Below, in pieces: positions 1 through 12,740 of a stretch of 64,000 nucleotides of DNA (position 1 is its first letter; each line of letters opens with the position of its first letter). Made by a program: the position numbers and the translations under genes. Location: NCBI GenBank assembly GCA_951406725.2, contig OX597820.1, positions 114,142,001-114,206,000 on the forward strand. Reading direction: 5' to 3'. The notes beneath the pieces are model-generated. The model saw nothing but the letters and a program-made list of their open reading frames with translations. It did not search any database and was not told the origin of the DNA. This stretch comes from Octopus vulgaris (lineage: Eukaryota).

Positions 1-1010
1 GCAGCCACCTGGCTTCCCAGACCCCGGTCAAACCGTCCAACCCATGCTAGAACGGAAAACGGACATTAAACGATGATGATGATGATGATGAAAATCCTTT
101 CTTGTTTTGGCACGAGGCCAACAATTCTTGAGGAGTGTAGAAGTCAACTATATGAAGCTCAATTCTCAAACGGTACTTATTTTATTGACTACAAAAGGAT
201 GAAGGGCAAAGTCAACTTCACTGGCATTTGAAATCTGAACATAAAACCGGAAGAAATGCTGCTAAGCATTTGTCTGGTGCAGTAATAATTCTAATTCACT
301 GTGTTAATAATAATAATAATAATCCTTTCTTATTTTGGCACAAGGCCAGCAATTTTGAGGAGAGGGGGAAGTCAATTACATCAATCCCAGTGCTCAACTG
401 GTGCTTATTTTGCTGGCATCAAAAGGATAAAAAGCAAAGTGGACTTCAAAAAGCAAAGGCAGACGAAATGCCACTCAGCATTTTGTCCGACAGGCTAATC
501 GTTCTGCCAGCTTACCACCTTAATAATAATAATAATAATAATCATTTCTACTATAGGCACAAGGCCTGAAATTTGGGGCAGGGGGATAGTCGATTACATC
601 TTCCCCCAGTACTCAACTGGTACTTCATTTATTGATCCTAAAAGGATGAAAAGCAAAGTCGACCTTGGTAGAATTTGAACTTAGAATCTGAAGATGGATT
701 AAATGCCGCCATGTATTTTGCCTGGCATACGAACAATTCTGCCAGATTGCTGCCTTAAATTAATAATAATAATAATAATGGTTTCAAATTTTGCCACAAG
801 GGCAGCAATTTTGGGGCAGGAGATAAGTTGATTACGTCAACCCCAGTATTCAATCGGTGCCTATTTTAATCAATCCTGAAAATGAAAGGCAAAGTTGACC
901 TCGGCAGAATTTGAACTCAGAACGTAGGGAGAGGCAAAGTACTGCTAAACACTTCGTCCGATGATTCTGCCTGCTTGCTACCTTATTAATAACAATAATA
1001 ACAACATTAC

Positions 1011-1423
1011 CTTTTGATGGAACTGGTGAATGCTAGTTCTGTCTGAACTGTTCAATAGGTTTATATTTTCTGTTATCAAAGAATTTGATAGACTAATTGA
1101 GGAATTTGGTAGAATGTAAATGTCTTTAGTCACATCTGCTGACTGTAATGGAGTTTTACCAAGGGTTGGTTTGGGTTGAATTGATGAATGAGGGTGTGGT
1201 GAGAGTTGCTGCCGTTGCTCATGGTCTTCTTCTTCTTGAGAAAGGTTGCGGAACTCCGTGGAGCTGACATTATTTATGTTCAGGTCATCCACGACAGTTG
1301 GAAGGCTTGTGTAAGGTGTCATGGAGTCAGGATTGAAATTATCCATTTGTTGGAAGTCTCCATCATCATCCTCATTTGACACTGAGTTATATCTTGATGA
1401 CTGATTCTTCATTTCATCTGACA
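1011..1423 (-). CDS. Internal coding exon (413 nt, phase 1 to phase 0) of the BED zinc-finger gene; low-complexity S/N/D/E/Q-rich segment; gene continues beyond the left edge
   Basis: Part of ORF 978..1607. Polypyrimidine tract plus CAG acceptor before 1423 (alternative in-frame acceptor 6 nt downstream) and AAG|GTAATG donor after 1011. Phase matches the phase-1 donor of the 19018-19174 exon. Intervening exons cannot be excluded. Confidence 0.65.
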
Positions 1424-2343
1424 CTGGAAAAAAAAACAAAAAAAAACTGAAATGACAATACACCACATTCACTGTAGACCTTAACTTCCCACAAGACACT
1501 AAAGAAAAAAACACACCACATTCACTGTAGACCTTAACTTCCCACAAGACACTTATTAAGAAAAAAAAAAACTCCCAACAAAGACAACTTTTACATGGTT
1601 GCTTCACCTGTGAGAAACAGCACCCAAATCATCCTCAAAATACAAAAACATCTAATGGGGTGAAAGACTAAGTAAACACCAACAAAATTCAAACTTAGAA
1701 GTAAAAAAAAAAATGTTAGTCAATGCTGCAAATTATTTTGTTCAACCTCAATAGGTTCCATTAATCCATAAAACTAACGCTGGCTATTTTGGGAAACAAC
1801 CTTCAACATGTATAACATGTAATCAATTCCTTAGTTTGTGCAGTGATCGTGCTTTTGCACAGTGGTAAATGCCACTACCCTCCACTATTGTTGCTGAAAG
1901 AGCTAAAGTAGGTTTTACCTATAGAATGGCTCAAAATTACCCCCAAAACTGTTCAGAACACCTGTACAAGTTAATTTCTTGACATACTAAAGGCATGATT
2001 GATGCTAAAGATGGATTAGTAATAAAACTTCCATTCAACAAGATGTTTCCATTATTTTATTCAACACCCACCCACCTACCTAAACCTACCTACAAGGGGG
2101 TGCTGAAAAGTCCCTACTTTAAGGTTATCATGAAAAGCCTGGTTGGAGGCCCAACCTTCCAAGTTCTTTTACAAGGCTCAGTAAAACTGAAGGATTGCTG
2201 AATGAATCTGAGAGGGGAATATGTTGAATAAATAATAATTAACTGATTCCACTGGATTTTCTTTTACCCAAAGCCAGGAGTTTTTCAGCACCCCCTTATC
2301 TCTCTCTCTCTCTCTCTCTCTGTCTATATATATATATAAAAAC

Positions 2344-2389
2344 AAAACTGTCTGATGAACAGTAACATGAAACTCTGAGTAACAGTTTT
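2344..2389 (+). ncRNA. Minimal type I hammerhead ribozyme motif, intact core (Penelope-type)
   Basis: AAAACTGT-CTGATGA-ACAGTAACAT-GAAA-CTCTGAG-TA-ACAGTTTT: perfect 8-bp stem I, near-palindromic stem III, GUA cleavage triplet. Confidence 0.8.
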
Positions 2390-4647
2390 TGTGATATTTT
2401 TGCTGCGTTTTAATAGACCGTATTATTCTACCTCTGGTATTTGAGTACTATTTTTTCCACCTTGTTTCACATTTATGTACTTACTCTGGTATGTATATCT
2501 ATATATATTGGAAGATACAAATAAGATGATCATTTATTTTCAAATGCTGAGATAGTGTTTAAAAACAAATTATCCTCTTATATGTATCTTACAATATACA
2601 TTTCAACACTTAAAAAAATATATATATATTAGTTTGTTTATATTCATATACACATTATATATATACATACACACATACATATATATGAGGCCTTAAAAGC
2701 ATATCATCTATGTTTATACATCATCATCATCATTCAACGTCCGCTTTCCATGCTAGCATGGGTTGGACGGTTTGACTGTGGGCTGGCGAACCAGATGGCT
2801 GCACCAGGCTCCAGTCTTGATCTGGCAGAGTTTCTACAGCTGGATGCCCTTCCTAACGCCAACCACTCCAAGAGTGTAGTGGGTGCTTTTACGTGCCACC
2901 GGCACGGGGGCCTGTCAGGTGGTACTGGCAACGATCTCACTCGAATCTTTTTACACATGCCACCAGCACAGGTGCCAGTAAGGCGATGTTGGTAATGATC
3001 CCACTCAAATGGTGCCCTTTTTCATGCCACCAGCACGGAAGCCAGTTAGCCGCTCTGGCAACAATCATGCTTGGATGGTGCCCTTAGCACCCTACTAGCA
3101 CGGGGTACAAGTGCCAGTAAGGCGAAGCTGGTAACAATCACACTCGAATGGTGCCTTTTATGTGCCACTGGCACGGAAGCCGGTTAGCTGTTCTGTCAAC
3201 GATCACGCTCGTATGGTGCTCATGCCTGTCATCAAATTTCACTTTGATTTTGATTTCGCATCTGTACTCAATTTGTCCTTGAATCTTTTCCTTACATCTT
3301 CCAAACACCCACACCTCCTTCACTCTTCTGAGCATGCCACTATTCACTCAGCTGCTGTAATTCTCTACCACTCACCATCCATGGAACCACTTCCTTTTCT
3401 CATGCATTCTCAGTATTATCACTCCATTTTACCCTACATTCACCCCAGTTCATCTTCCACTATTTCCACCCTTATGTACTTCTAACTGCATCCTGGCACT
3501 GTGCATCTTTTTTGCACCACAACCCCACACACTTCACATCATGTGCTGCCACCTATCATCTCCCCAATCCACTCCTACTTCCTCCACCTTCTCCTGCAAT
3601 TCACAACTGATCATGTCTCCACCCGTGTTCACCACTCACTGCCTTTTCCCTCTATTTCTATCCCTGTTCGTCTGTCACCCTCCTCTCACACTTACTTCCC
3701 CATCCAAACCTCTTCTCTTGATAAGCACTGACATCTTCACCACCAATCTTGCCAACTGGGATAACCCTAACCCTAACCCCTACAGCAGGACACCAGTTCC
3801 TGTCTCTGTCATATTTTAACCTGGCATAAAAGGCCACTGCTCTCGGTACTATCTCTACCTCGTTTGAGGGAGCATGTCTTGCAAATTATTTGCTAACCTC
3901 ATGATGCTAATACCATTAAAAAAAAAAAGATTCAGTACATTCTGTAAAGTATTGGGAGATTATAAAAAACTGCAAAATAAATATAAACAAAAGTTATGGT
4001 GATCTTGTTTAGGAATCTAGTAGAGATTAAATGTGAAAGATGGTTGTCCCTTTAACATATACGTTGTTTTCAGAAATCATTAAAAAACATTAAATGCTCT
4101 GAATTGACCCAAGCAAGCGAGCGAGCGAGTTTGGTTTTTGAGTGGATGAGTGAGAGAGAGAGAGAGAGTGAGAGAGAGAGAGAGAAAGAGAGAGAGAGAA
4201 TTAAACTTCAGTTCATAAATATTTTATTGCCATCAAACAAATCTTTTAAAGAGCTGTTTGTTAATCTCATCATTGAATGTACATTATATATAAATACATA
4301 CAAAAGATTTTCATATATACACCCACAAGCGCATGAAAGTAATCTGGAAATACCTGTACACTAACAAAGGTGGCACCTGAAATTAAACTCCCAGGCAGAG
4401 CTCAAACAGCTCAAGATTAAAGTTTGAGCTGCCCTTTGGGTGTTGACTAAGCCTTTTCCACTGATTGTATGTATATATAAATACATATATCATACATTTA
4501 TGCAGTGCTCCAGCATGATCGCAGTCTAATGACTGAAACAAATAAAAGAATATATACATACTTTCACACACATACATATAAATACATATTATAACACACA
4601 TACATATAAATACATATTATAAACACACATTTATATATATATATATA

Positions 4648-4953
4648 CTAGCAATACACCCCAGCGTTGCCCGGGTGTTATGACCTACAGCCACATTGTA
4701 TTATCTGTTCCTTTCTTATGAACAGAATCGGCACACGAGGAGTATGAAGCAAACAACTCTTCTCTATAAACTTGTTTTTTGGTTATTCTCTGATGGACAA
4801 TGCTGCAGTTTCCATCTACCAAATTCAGTCACATACCTGTGGTTGGCCTAGGGCTATAGTAGAAAACACTTGCCCAAACTACATGCAGAGGGACTGAACA
4901 TGGAACCATGTGGTTGGGAAGCAAACTTCTCAACCACACAGTCAGTATTGCAC

Positions 4954-4992
<39 letters not shown>

Positions 4993-7900
4993 ACATTTGT
5001 TGTTAAATCGAGTATTGTGTCCCAGTATGTCTCAAGGTTAGCAGTTCATCAAGCAGAGATCTATAAAATAAATACCAAATTGAAATACGTACTGAGGCCA
5101 GTATGATCAATTGAATTTTTGAAGGTGATACCCCATCATGGCGACAGCTGAAAGACTAAACCCAGTAAAATACTTAATGGCTTCAAATTTAAAGTAATGC
5201 ATTACTAACCACAAGATAATGAGTTCAAAACTTTGTGCTGAACTTCCACTCTATACAATAACACTATATGTACATTGCAGTCTATTTGACTTCCAACAAT
5301 TAATAATTGTAATTTGAAGTTGAATGGTTAGCAATAAGAAAGATGTCCAGATTTCTTTAAAAATTATTGTGCAAAATATTTTGAGAAAAAGTACTTTTTT
5401 CACCACAAAATACACACACACACACACACACAGGTGTATCTGTGGTAAGTTGGGCTACTACAAAAAGCAGCCAAATCCCTCTTAAAACACACCCTTTCAT
5501 CAAAAGACATAGATTTACAGTATTTCAGGGTGAAAAAAAAAAAAACAAAACAAAACTATGTGATGGATCTGCTACATCAGAGGCAACTCTGGGCTAAACA
5601 AAACACAAACAAACATATTTCACATTAAAAGATTATCTACTATGTATAGGTATAGGAGTAGCTGTGTGGTAAGTAGCTTGCTTACCAACCACATGGCTCT
5701 GGGTTCAGTCCCACTGTGTGGCACCTTGGGCAAGTGTCTTCTACTATAGCTTCGGGCCGACCAAAGCCTTGTGAGTGGATTTGGTAGACGTCCCCGTAAC
5801 TTAGCAGTTCAGCAAAAGAGACCGATAGAATAAGTACTAGGCTTACAAAGAATAGATCCTGGGGTCGATTTGCTCGACTAAAGGCAGTGCTCCAGCATGG
5901 CCACAGTCACATGACTGAAACAAGTAAAAGAGTACTAAATAATACTAATAAAGTTGAAGGTATATCTTCAAAGTTTCATTCCCTGGTAAAACTCCCTGCA
6001 TTTTAACCCTTTTGTTACTATATTTCTAAGTAAAACAGACCCCTTATGAGTTTCAATTAAATTCTAAAATCATCACGAATTTAGACTGGTTTCATTAAAC
6101 AGCTACTTTACTTATTGATATATCAATGTGATTTTTGGAACACAAGTGAAGAAAAGGCTCTTAATCAATTCTATTGCATAACTTTTGTCTCTAAGTGACT
6201 TTAATTACAAGTAAATATATGTAAACCACAAGCTATCTTTTTTCTCAGTTTGTTTCCATAATGATTGCTTTAAACAAAATTACAAGCTTACATTTGATTG
6301 ATTTCTCCATATCTTCTGTTGAAACGCTCAAAATTCAGAACCATTGCTTTATCAAGCAGTGATTCTGAAATTGTTATCCACTTTAAAAGTTGGAAAAAAA
6401 AAAAAAATCGCTGAAGAGAAAATGTGGAAAAAAATCTCCCAAACTTTGCACAGCTCAGATATCACATCAAGCAATATCAGATACTGTAACTCGACTAATC
6501 ATGTGTTTTTACGAATGTACTAATGAGATTTGTGCTGAAATTCACATTTAAATATCAGCCGGCTTCAGCTAGGTTGGTTGTTTTCGTCCAGGTTGGGAAT
6601 GAAAAGGTTAAACATTTTCTAATTATGCACAAAGCTAAAGACCCTTAGCTAAAGGCCTCAAAATTGTGCAACCCAACCACATTTTCGAGGTTATTTTTGT
6701 TGTAAAAAAGATTTGTGCAAAAAATATACTTTATTTGATAGCTGAAAGATTACTGAATCTTTTGATACCTCAATACAACAAAATCGGAAACTCAGTTTTC
6801 AAATCTATGAGGTACAGCCACACACAAAAACTGTTTTATATATTAAGATATATATATATATACTATCACATACATACATTTATATTACACTAGCAATGCA
6901 CCCTGACATTGGCTGGGTGTTATGACCTACAGTCATACTGTATTATTTGTTCCTTTCTTATGGGGAGAATTGGCACACAAAGAGTGTTATGCAAACAACT
7001 CTTCTTTATAAACATATTTTTCGGTTATTTTCTGATGAACAAAGCTGAAATTTTTCACATCAAAAATGTATACATCGGCAGCTTAGATTAGAAGGAAATC
7101 CTAACATTGCCCCCAAATGACCTCAAAATTATGCAACCCAGTCTGGTTTTGGTACTAATTTTTGAAGTAAAATAGGGATGTTGTGCAAAAAACTTCACAC
7201 TGGTAGCTAAAAGATTGCTCAATCTTTTGATATCTCATACAGTAATATTGGCAACTCAGTTTCATGGCTACAGATTGGGTAACGCAGAAGCTGAAATAGT
7301 TCTTACCCACCCCATAATATTTGTTGATTACTGTGGACAACACTCTTATACATTAGCTTCCCCAATCAAAAGGCCATGTTCAAAAGTATTATGGTTTTCT
7401 GCAAGCATATTTGGTATCAGTTTATATCAATATTGAAGCCAACAGAATAAAAGAGGAACTTTTCAGGCTGTATGTATATGTACATATATAAGGATATGAA
7501 TAAACAGGGTTAGTGATGTGGGTAGTTTGGTATAAATGTATAGGAACGCTGTGCTTCTTGAAAATAGTCGAAAGGTTTTGGTCATTGCCTCATGTCTTTA
7601 CCACACTTGAATGAATATAGGCTCTTACTGTGCTTGATCCTTGGGGAAATTTTATTGAATTTAAACCTGAGAATGCTCCTTTGGCATTCCTGAGTCATTT
7701 GCTACCAAGAAAATCAACATGGACAAATTGTTTTTGGTAGTAATGCCAGAAACATAGTTTATGAGTCAATTTTCAGTTGAAAAATAGGGCTTTGTGCAAA
7801 GAAATGGTATCACAATATTTCTAAGACATTGTTTAATCATGGAATACTGAAGACATTCACATTGGCAGTTTAGTTATGGAACAAAGGCCATTATTGATGG

Positions 7901-8240
7901 AAAATGTGCCAATAATTGCTCCCAAAAAGCATGTTTTCTGGCCATTGACCAAAAGGGTTTAGTGCATCACAAATGCACTCACAACACTCCTTGTACCTTG
8001 TTGCATTTTTTGACACAAAATACATTAAAAGTGGCAATGTAGATTAGAAGCAAATCCAAATATTGCCTGAAAATGACCTCAAACTTGTGCAACCTGACAT
8101 CATTTGTAGTAAAAAAAAAGGTGTTGTGCAAAAAAACGTACTTTATTTGGTAGCTGAAAGATTGCTGAATCTTTTGACACCTCATACATCAAAAATTGGC
8201 AACTCAGTTTTTGAATCCACACACACAAACTCTGTTTTAT
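4648..8240 (-). mobile_element. Cluster of related Helitron-like fragments (3' ends near 4648 and 6890; further pieces at 6620-6850, 7090-7260, 8040-8240)
   Basis: Minus-strand GC hairpin CCCGGGCAACGCTGGG followed by CTAG|T at 4648; repeated homologous blocks. Confidence 0.5.
6007..6607. mobile_element. piggyBac-like non-autonomous element
   Basis: TTAA|CCCTTTTGTTAC ... GAATGAAAAGG|TTAA ends, related to the 43778 element. Confidence 0.6.
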
Positions 8241-8639
8241 AGATAACATGTACCAGATTTTTCTCAAAGTCACAGCTGCCTACAACCAGACTAAAAATAT
8301 TCTAATTCTTCACTGCATGATTTGTCACACAAGACACATACTTATTTTTAATTCATTAAATGTGTTGTGATTCCTTCATTTCAAGAAGTGACATTTGAAA
8401 AAAACTAATAAAAAAAAACATTTTGTAACCTTGTATAATCATTTTGTTAAAACCCACTTTGGCTCACTTCCCAAAAAGATTGCCAAATCCTATGATAAAC
8501 TGGAAAATACAATTTTTTTTTCCTTTTGAGAGAGATGAGTTGACAGATCTTACCAATAAAATCTGTGCAGCTTTTGTAAAAACTGTGAATGAGAATAAAT
8601 TCTTCAAGAGAACTGTTTATGTTTCAAAGAATTGCTTGA

Positions 8640-9155
8640 GTGAATCAAAGGAACAGATATATTTAATATTTTGTCTTCATGTCTGGAAACCAGAGGCCTT
8701 CCCTAGAAGAACTGCATTGGCATCTATATTGATGGTTCTTCATCAGTTACTGGTTCTGTAAAAGATTTCATTTCTGTTGTAAAACAAGAAAATGCAAATA
8801 CTGACTTCTATTCTTCACAAAGAAGTGCTAATTTCAAACCCCTAGCAAGAAAAGTCGCAAAACACTTTTGATGATGGTGGAAAAATAATCAACACCACTA
8901 AACAAAGATTAGTTCATTTCGGAAATGTTTAAAAGTTATGTTAAAGTTCACACACAGAGTACATAAAAATCTCTTGTTGCACAAAGAAATCAAAGAGACA
9001 GTGGAATACTTCTAAATAGGATTTTTGAAGTGGAAGATGAATTACAGGAATGGTTAAAAGAAAACAGCCCAGAGTTTATCAAGATGGAAAAGGGTTTCAA
9101 AAACTAGCCTACATAACAGATATTTTTCATCACTTGAATCAGCTGAACAAGTCTG
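8640..9155 (+). mobile_element. hAT (Charlie/Buster-like) transposase remnant
   Basis: Frameshifted remnants such as LHKEVL, NLLLHKEI and QKLAYITDIFHHLNQLN. Confidence 0.6.
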
Positions 9156-10659
9156 AAGGATACCAACTCCATCAAAGTGACTGGATCAGACCAGCTTTCA
9201 ACCTGTATCAAGATATTGGCATTGTCTCCTGACTCTTGACTTAAAAAAAAAAAGAGAGAAAAGTCTGGGGATTTAGCTCAGGGTATCAGTCTAAAAAGCA
9301 GGTAACATTTCTTGACAGTTAAATGTACTGAGGTAATGTAGAATAAAATGTTCAGCATTGAGAAAATGATTGCAATAGATCTGAACTCAAGAAAGTAAAA
9401 TGAGTCCAACCCATTCATTGCTAGTGTCACACTGAAGCATTGACAAGCTGAAATAAAAGTGCTGGTCTTCAGATCGCATTGATAATGTGTTGAGACTTTC
9501 TACAGTAAATACATTGCATTTCTAATCAAGAAACAGAACATTATCTCCAATTGACCGAATGAAATAAACATTCTAGCTTCTTTTGTGATTAGCAATAGGA
9601 AAGGTGGCATCCAGCAATAAAAAAGTTGGTTCAAATGAAACTCCAAACTTTACATCACTAAAATTACCAGCGAGAAATGTATATCAGATAGAAAAAAACA
9701 AAAAAACAAGCAAGAACTCCACATGTATAGATGATGAATTTAAGGCAGTGCGCAATGAATGAAGTATTATGCTAAAATACAACAAAATATCTCCACTGGG
9801 TTTGAACCCCCAATTTGCGAACTCTGATACATCAATCTATTGGGTTTATAATATTATTCTCTCAGAAATATAGACATAAAGAATATAGATATAAAAGTAT
9901 TAGCCTTATTTAGTTGATTCTGTTTCAAAGAGATTTGGCCATACCCTCACTTCAAACAGAATATTACTGGATCAGCTAATAGAGTCTATAGAAAGTAGTC
10001 AAAGGGATTTTTGATGCCGCTCAGTCCCATGCTATTTTTGGAATCCACAAATGTGAAACCAGACAATTATAAATCCTGGCAAATATATATAATAATCAAC
10101 ATACCAAGGACCTATGTTTCTCTTGGAAGCTGGCAAAAATATTCTACCCCTTAACTACTAATCCACTACAAAAATCAGAGGAGGCCCACAATGGAGAATT
10201 ACTCCCACATCTAGGATGGAGCTAAGCATACATAAATCCCAGACTCCACCCAAAGAAATGCCACTCAACTGATTGGCATGAAGTCTTTTGCCAATACATT
10301 CCAACTCCTGGTTCAGAAATGTGATGTCTCCTCTCTCTCTCTCTCTCTCTGTCTAAAAGCTATTTCAGAAGCATCTGCCCCATGGAGATGGCTTATCACA
10401 TATCACTTCCACTCAAGCTATTCTAACTCATTCATTATCTTCTATTCCCCTTCTCACCCATATGCTACCCTTCCCCACTCCCATCAGATACAATACCAAT
10501 TAATACATTCAATTCTTCCATGCCAGAATTCTGGCCCTCTGGAATCCATTCTCCACATACGTTTGTCAGTCTGTCTGTCTGTATCTCTCTTTCGGACTGC
10601 ATTGATTTTACCCATCTTGCAGAACCAGAAGAGTATGGGCTTAACCCCCTTCCTCTAGA

Positions 10660-11340
10660 CCAAAGGTTCTCAACCCATTTTGGCCAAAGGCCCCCTTTTG
10701 ATCCTTGGATGCCACAAATGGCATCCCCTAGAAAATATTTATATTTTTCAATATACTATTTATTTTGATATCAGCAGATAATGATTGAAAAAAAAAACGA
10801 AATAATGAATTGAAAGTTTGGTAATTGTATTTATTTCCACCATGTGACACTTATGAGATCAAAGTATTGTCTATCGAAAGAATGCCAATGAAATCATTTC
10901 AAATCTTTCTGATTTTCCTTATCAAAACAGCTAGAACTTGTACAACAATCTGACATATAAGTTATTGACACCTGGGAAGAGGATTTTTATGTTCAAGAAA
11001 GAGAGTGTATTTGATAGTAATTGTTGAAATACATATGTACTTCATATGAGTAGCAAATTGTGGAGGATGGTATTCACAGTACTTGGATCTAGTTAGTTTG
11101 AGTCACAAAATCAGCTCACTTTTAAAATGACGTAAAAAATATGAAAATTTGTCATATTAAATATTCATTTCTTAATCAGGATCTGGTTTGTTTCCTTCAC
11201 AAAATCTGCATTTTTTAAAAGGAAGTAAAAAATCTGAAAACTGGTTATCTTGATGCAGTTTTCCATGCTTATTCCTGTGAAGTCATGAACTTCTGGAGAA
11301 AAATTTGACACACACAAAATTTTTTTTTAATTCATGGTTT
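10660..11340 (-). mobile_element. hAT-like element end, decayed
   Basis: CAAAGGTTCTCAACC terminus typical of Charlie-type TIRs; internal sequence is weak. Confidence 0.4.
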
Positions 11341-11384
11341 TAAAATATGGACAGTCCATATTTTAGTGTCCAATGAAGGAAAGG

Positions 11385-11776
11385 TAAGCATAAGTGGGCT
11401 GGTTACACCCCTGGCATAGGCCACAAGGTTATGGTCTCACTTGGATTGCCGGGTCTTCTCAAGCACAGCATATTTCCAAAAGTCTTGGTCACTAGTCATT
11501 GCCTCGGTGAGGCCTAATGTTCGAAGGTCGTGCTTCACCACTTCATACCAGGTCTTCCTGGGTCTACCTCTTCCACAGGTTCCCTCAACTGCTAGGGTGT
11601 GGCACTTTTTCACACAGCTATTCTCATCCATTCTCGCCACATGACCATACCAGCGCAGTTGTCTCTCTTGCACATCACATCTGATGCTTCTTAAGTCCAA
11701 CTTTTCTCTCAAAGTACTTACACTCTGTCAAGTATGCACACTGACATTACACATCCATCGGATCATACTGGCTTCA
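11385..11776 (-). mobile_element. RTE LINE 3' ORF fragment
   Basis: LRWYGHVARMDENSCVKKC...GRGRPRKTW. Confidence 0.9.
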
Positions 11777-11796
11777 TATATATATATATATATATA

Positions 11797-12740
11797 CAAG
11801 CAAATGCCCACCCTGTCCATTGGGCAGTTTGTATAGGTGAAGAGAGTTAACTTGGATGGTGTTAAGTTGTGGAGATGTTTGGTGATCATATGGGGTTGTT
11901 ACTATTGGTTAGGGTGAATGCGATCTTTTGATGAAAGAAGCATTTGTTATCTTACTTATTTGGTAGTGCTCTGTGAACTTGTCAAACGGACTACTAAAAG
12001 TTAAGGGTGTTCCAATGACATAACTCAAAATGAAAGACTTGGAATGAAAAACATCTCAGCAATTTAGAAGCAGTAAAATTATTGTTTAGAAGTGACTGAA
12101 TTGTGATTTAAAAAAAACAACTTATTTAATAATGTTGATCGTTTACTGAAAGAATACTGAACATTGGTCGATTAATTTTATGCAGCTGTAAAACCTTATG
12201 GAGAATGTATTACAAAGAATCTGACAATTCTGCTTGTTATGAGAACCCCAAAATTTTATGCGTTTTAATAGCAATCAATTTTTTCTCTTTTTTGCTTAAT
12301 TAAAATGGTTGCCTTTTTTTCATGCCAGCTGTACTGGTGAAGAGAGTTAACGTGGACAGTATTAAGTAGTGGAAATGTTTGGTGATTGTATGTGGTGGTT
12401 ACTTTTGACTGTTTCTTCTCAATAAGGATAATTGATTGATAACGAATCTTAACACAATATATATAGTGGAATTGACATAGTGGTAAAGACAACAGGATAC
12501 GTAACAGTAGTTTTGAATAAAAATAAAAATGGAAGTTTTAATCATCTGATGGAAAGGCAAACATTACAAAAATAGTGATTCTCACTTTGAAACTGACAAT
12601 TTTGAAAATCTTTTTAGATTATGGAATGCCCCGCTCTCTCATGTATCCATGTTTAAAATTTCAGCACGATTGGATGAATAACACTCAAGTTATAAGCGCA
12701 CAAACAGACAGACAGAATGGGATTTATATATTATATATAT
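11797..12740 (-). mobile_element. Helitron-like non-autonomous element
   Basis: Minus strand begins TATATAATATATAAAT..CTGTCTGTCTGTTTGT and ends with a GC hairpin (TGCCCA..TGGGCA) shortly before the terminus; sits in (TA)n. Confidence 0.5.

Noticed and set aside
1424-1607. N-terminal part of ORF 978..1607 as coding
   Set aside because: It is a polypyrimidine tract plus a 40-bp tandem duplication upstream of a good acceptor, so intronic.
3162-3819. Overlapping His/Ser/Pro-rich ORFs and a short CCCTAA run
   Set aside because: Pyrimidine-rich low-complexity sequence with no domain or splice support; too short to call a telomeric relic.
7025-7062. CTGATGA...GAAA hammerhead-like spacing
   Set aside because: No stem I or stem III pairing; lies in a Helitron-like repeat.
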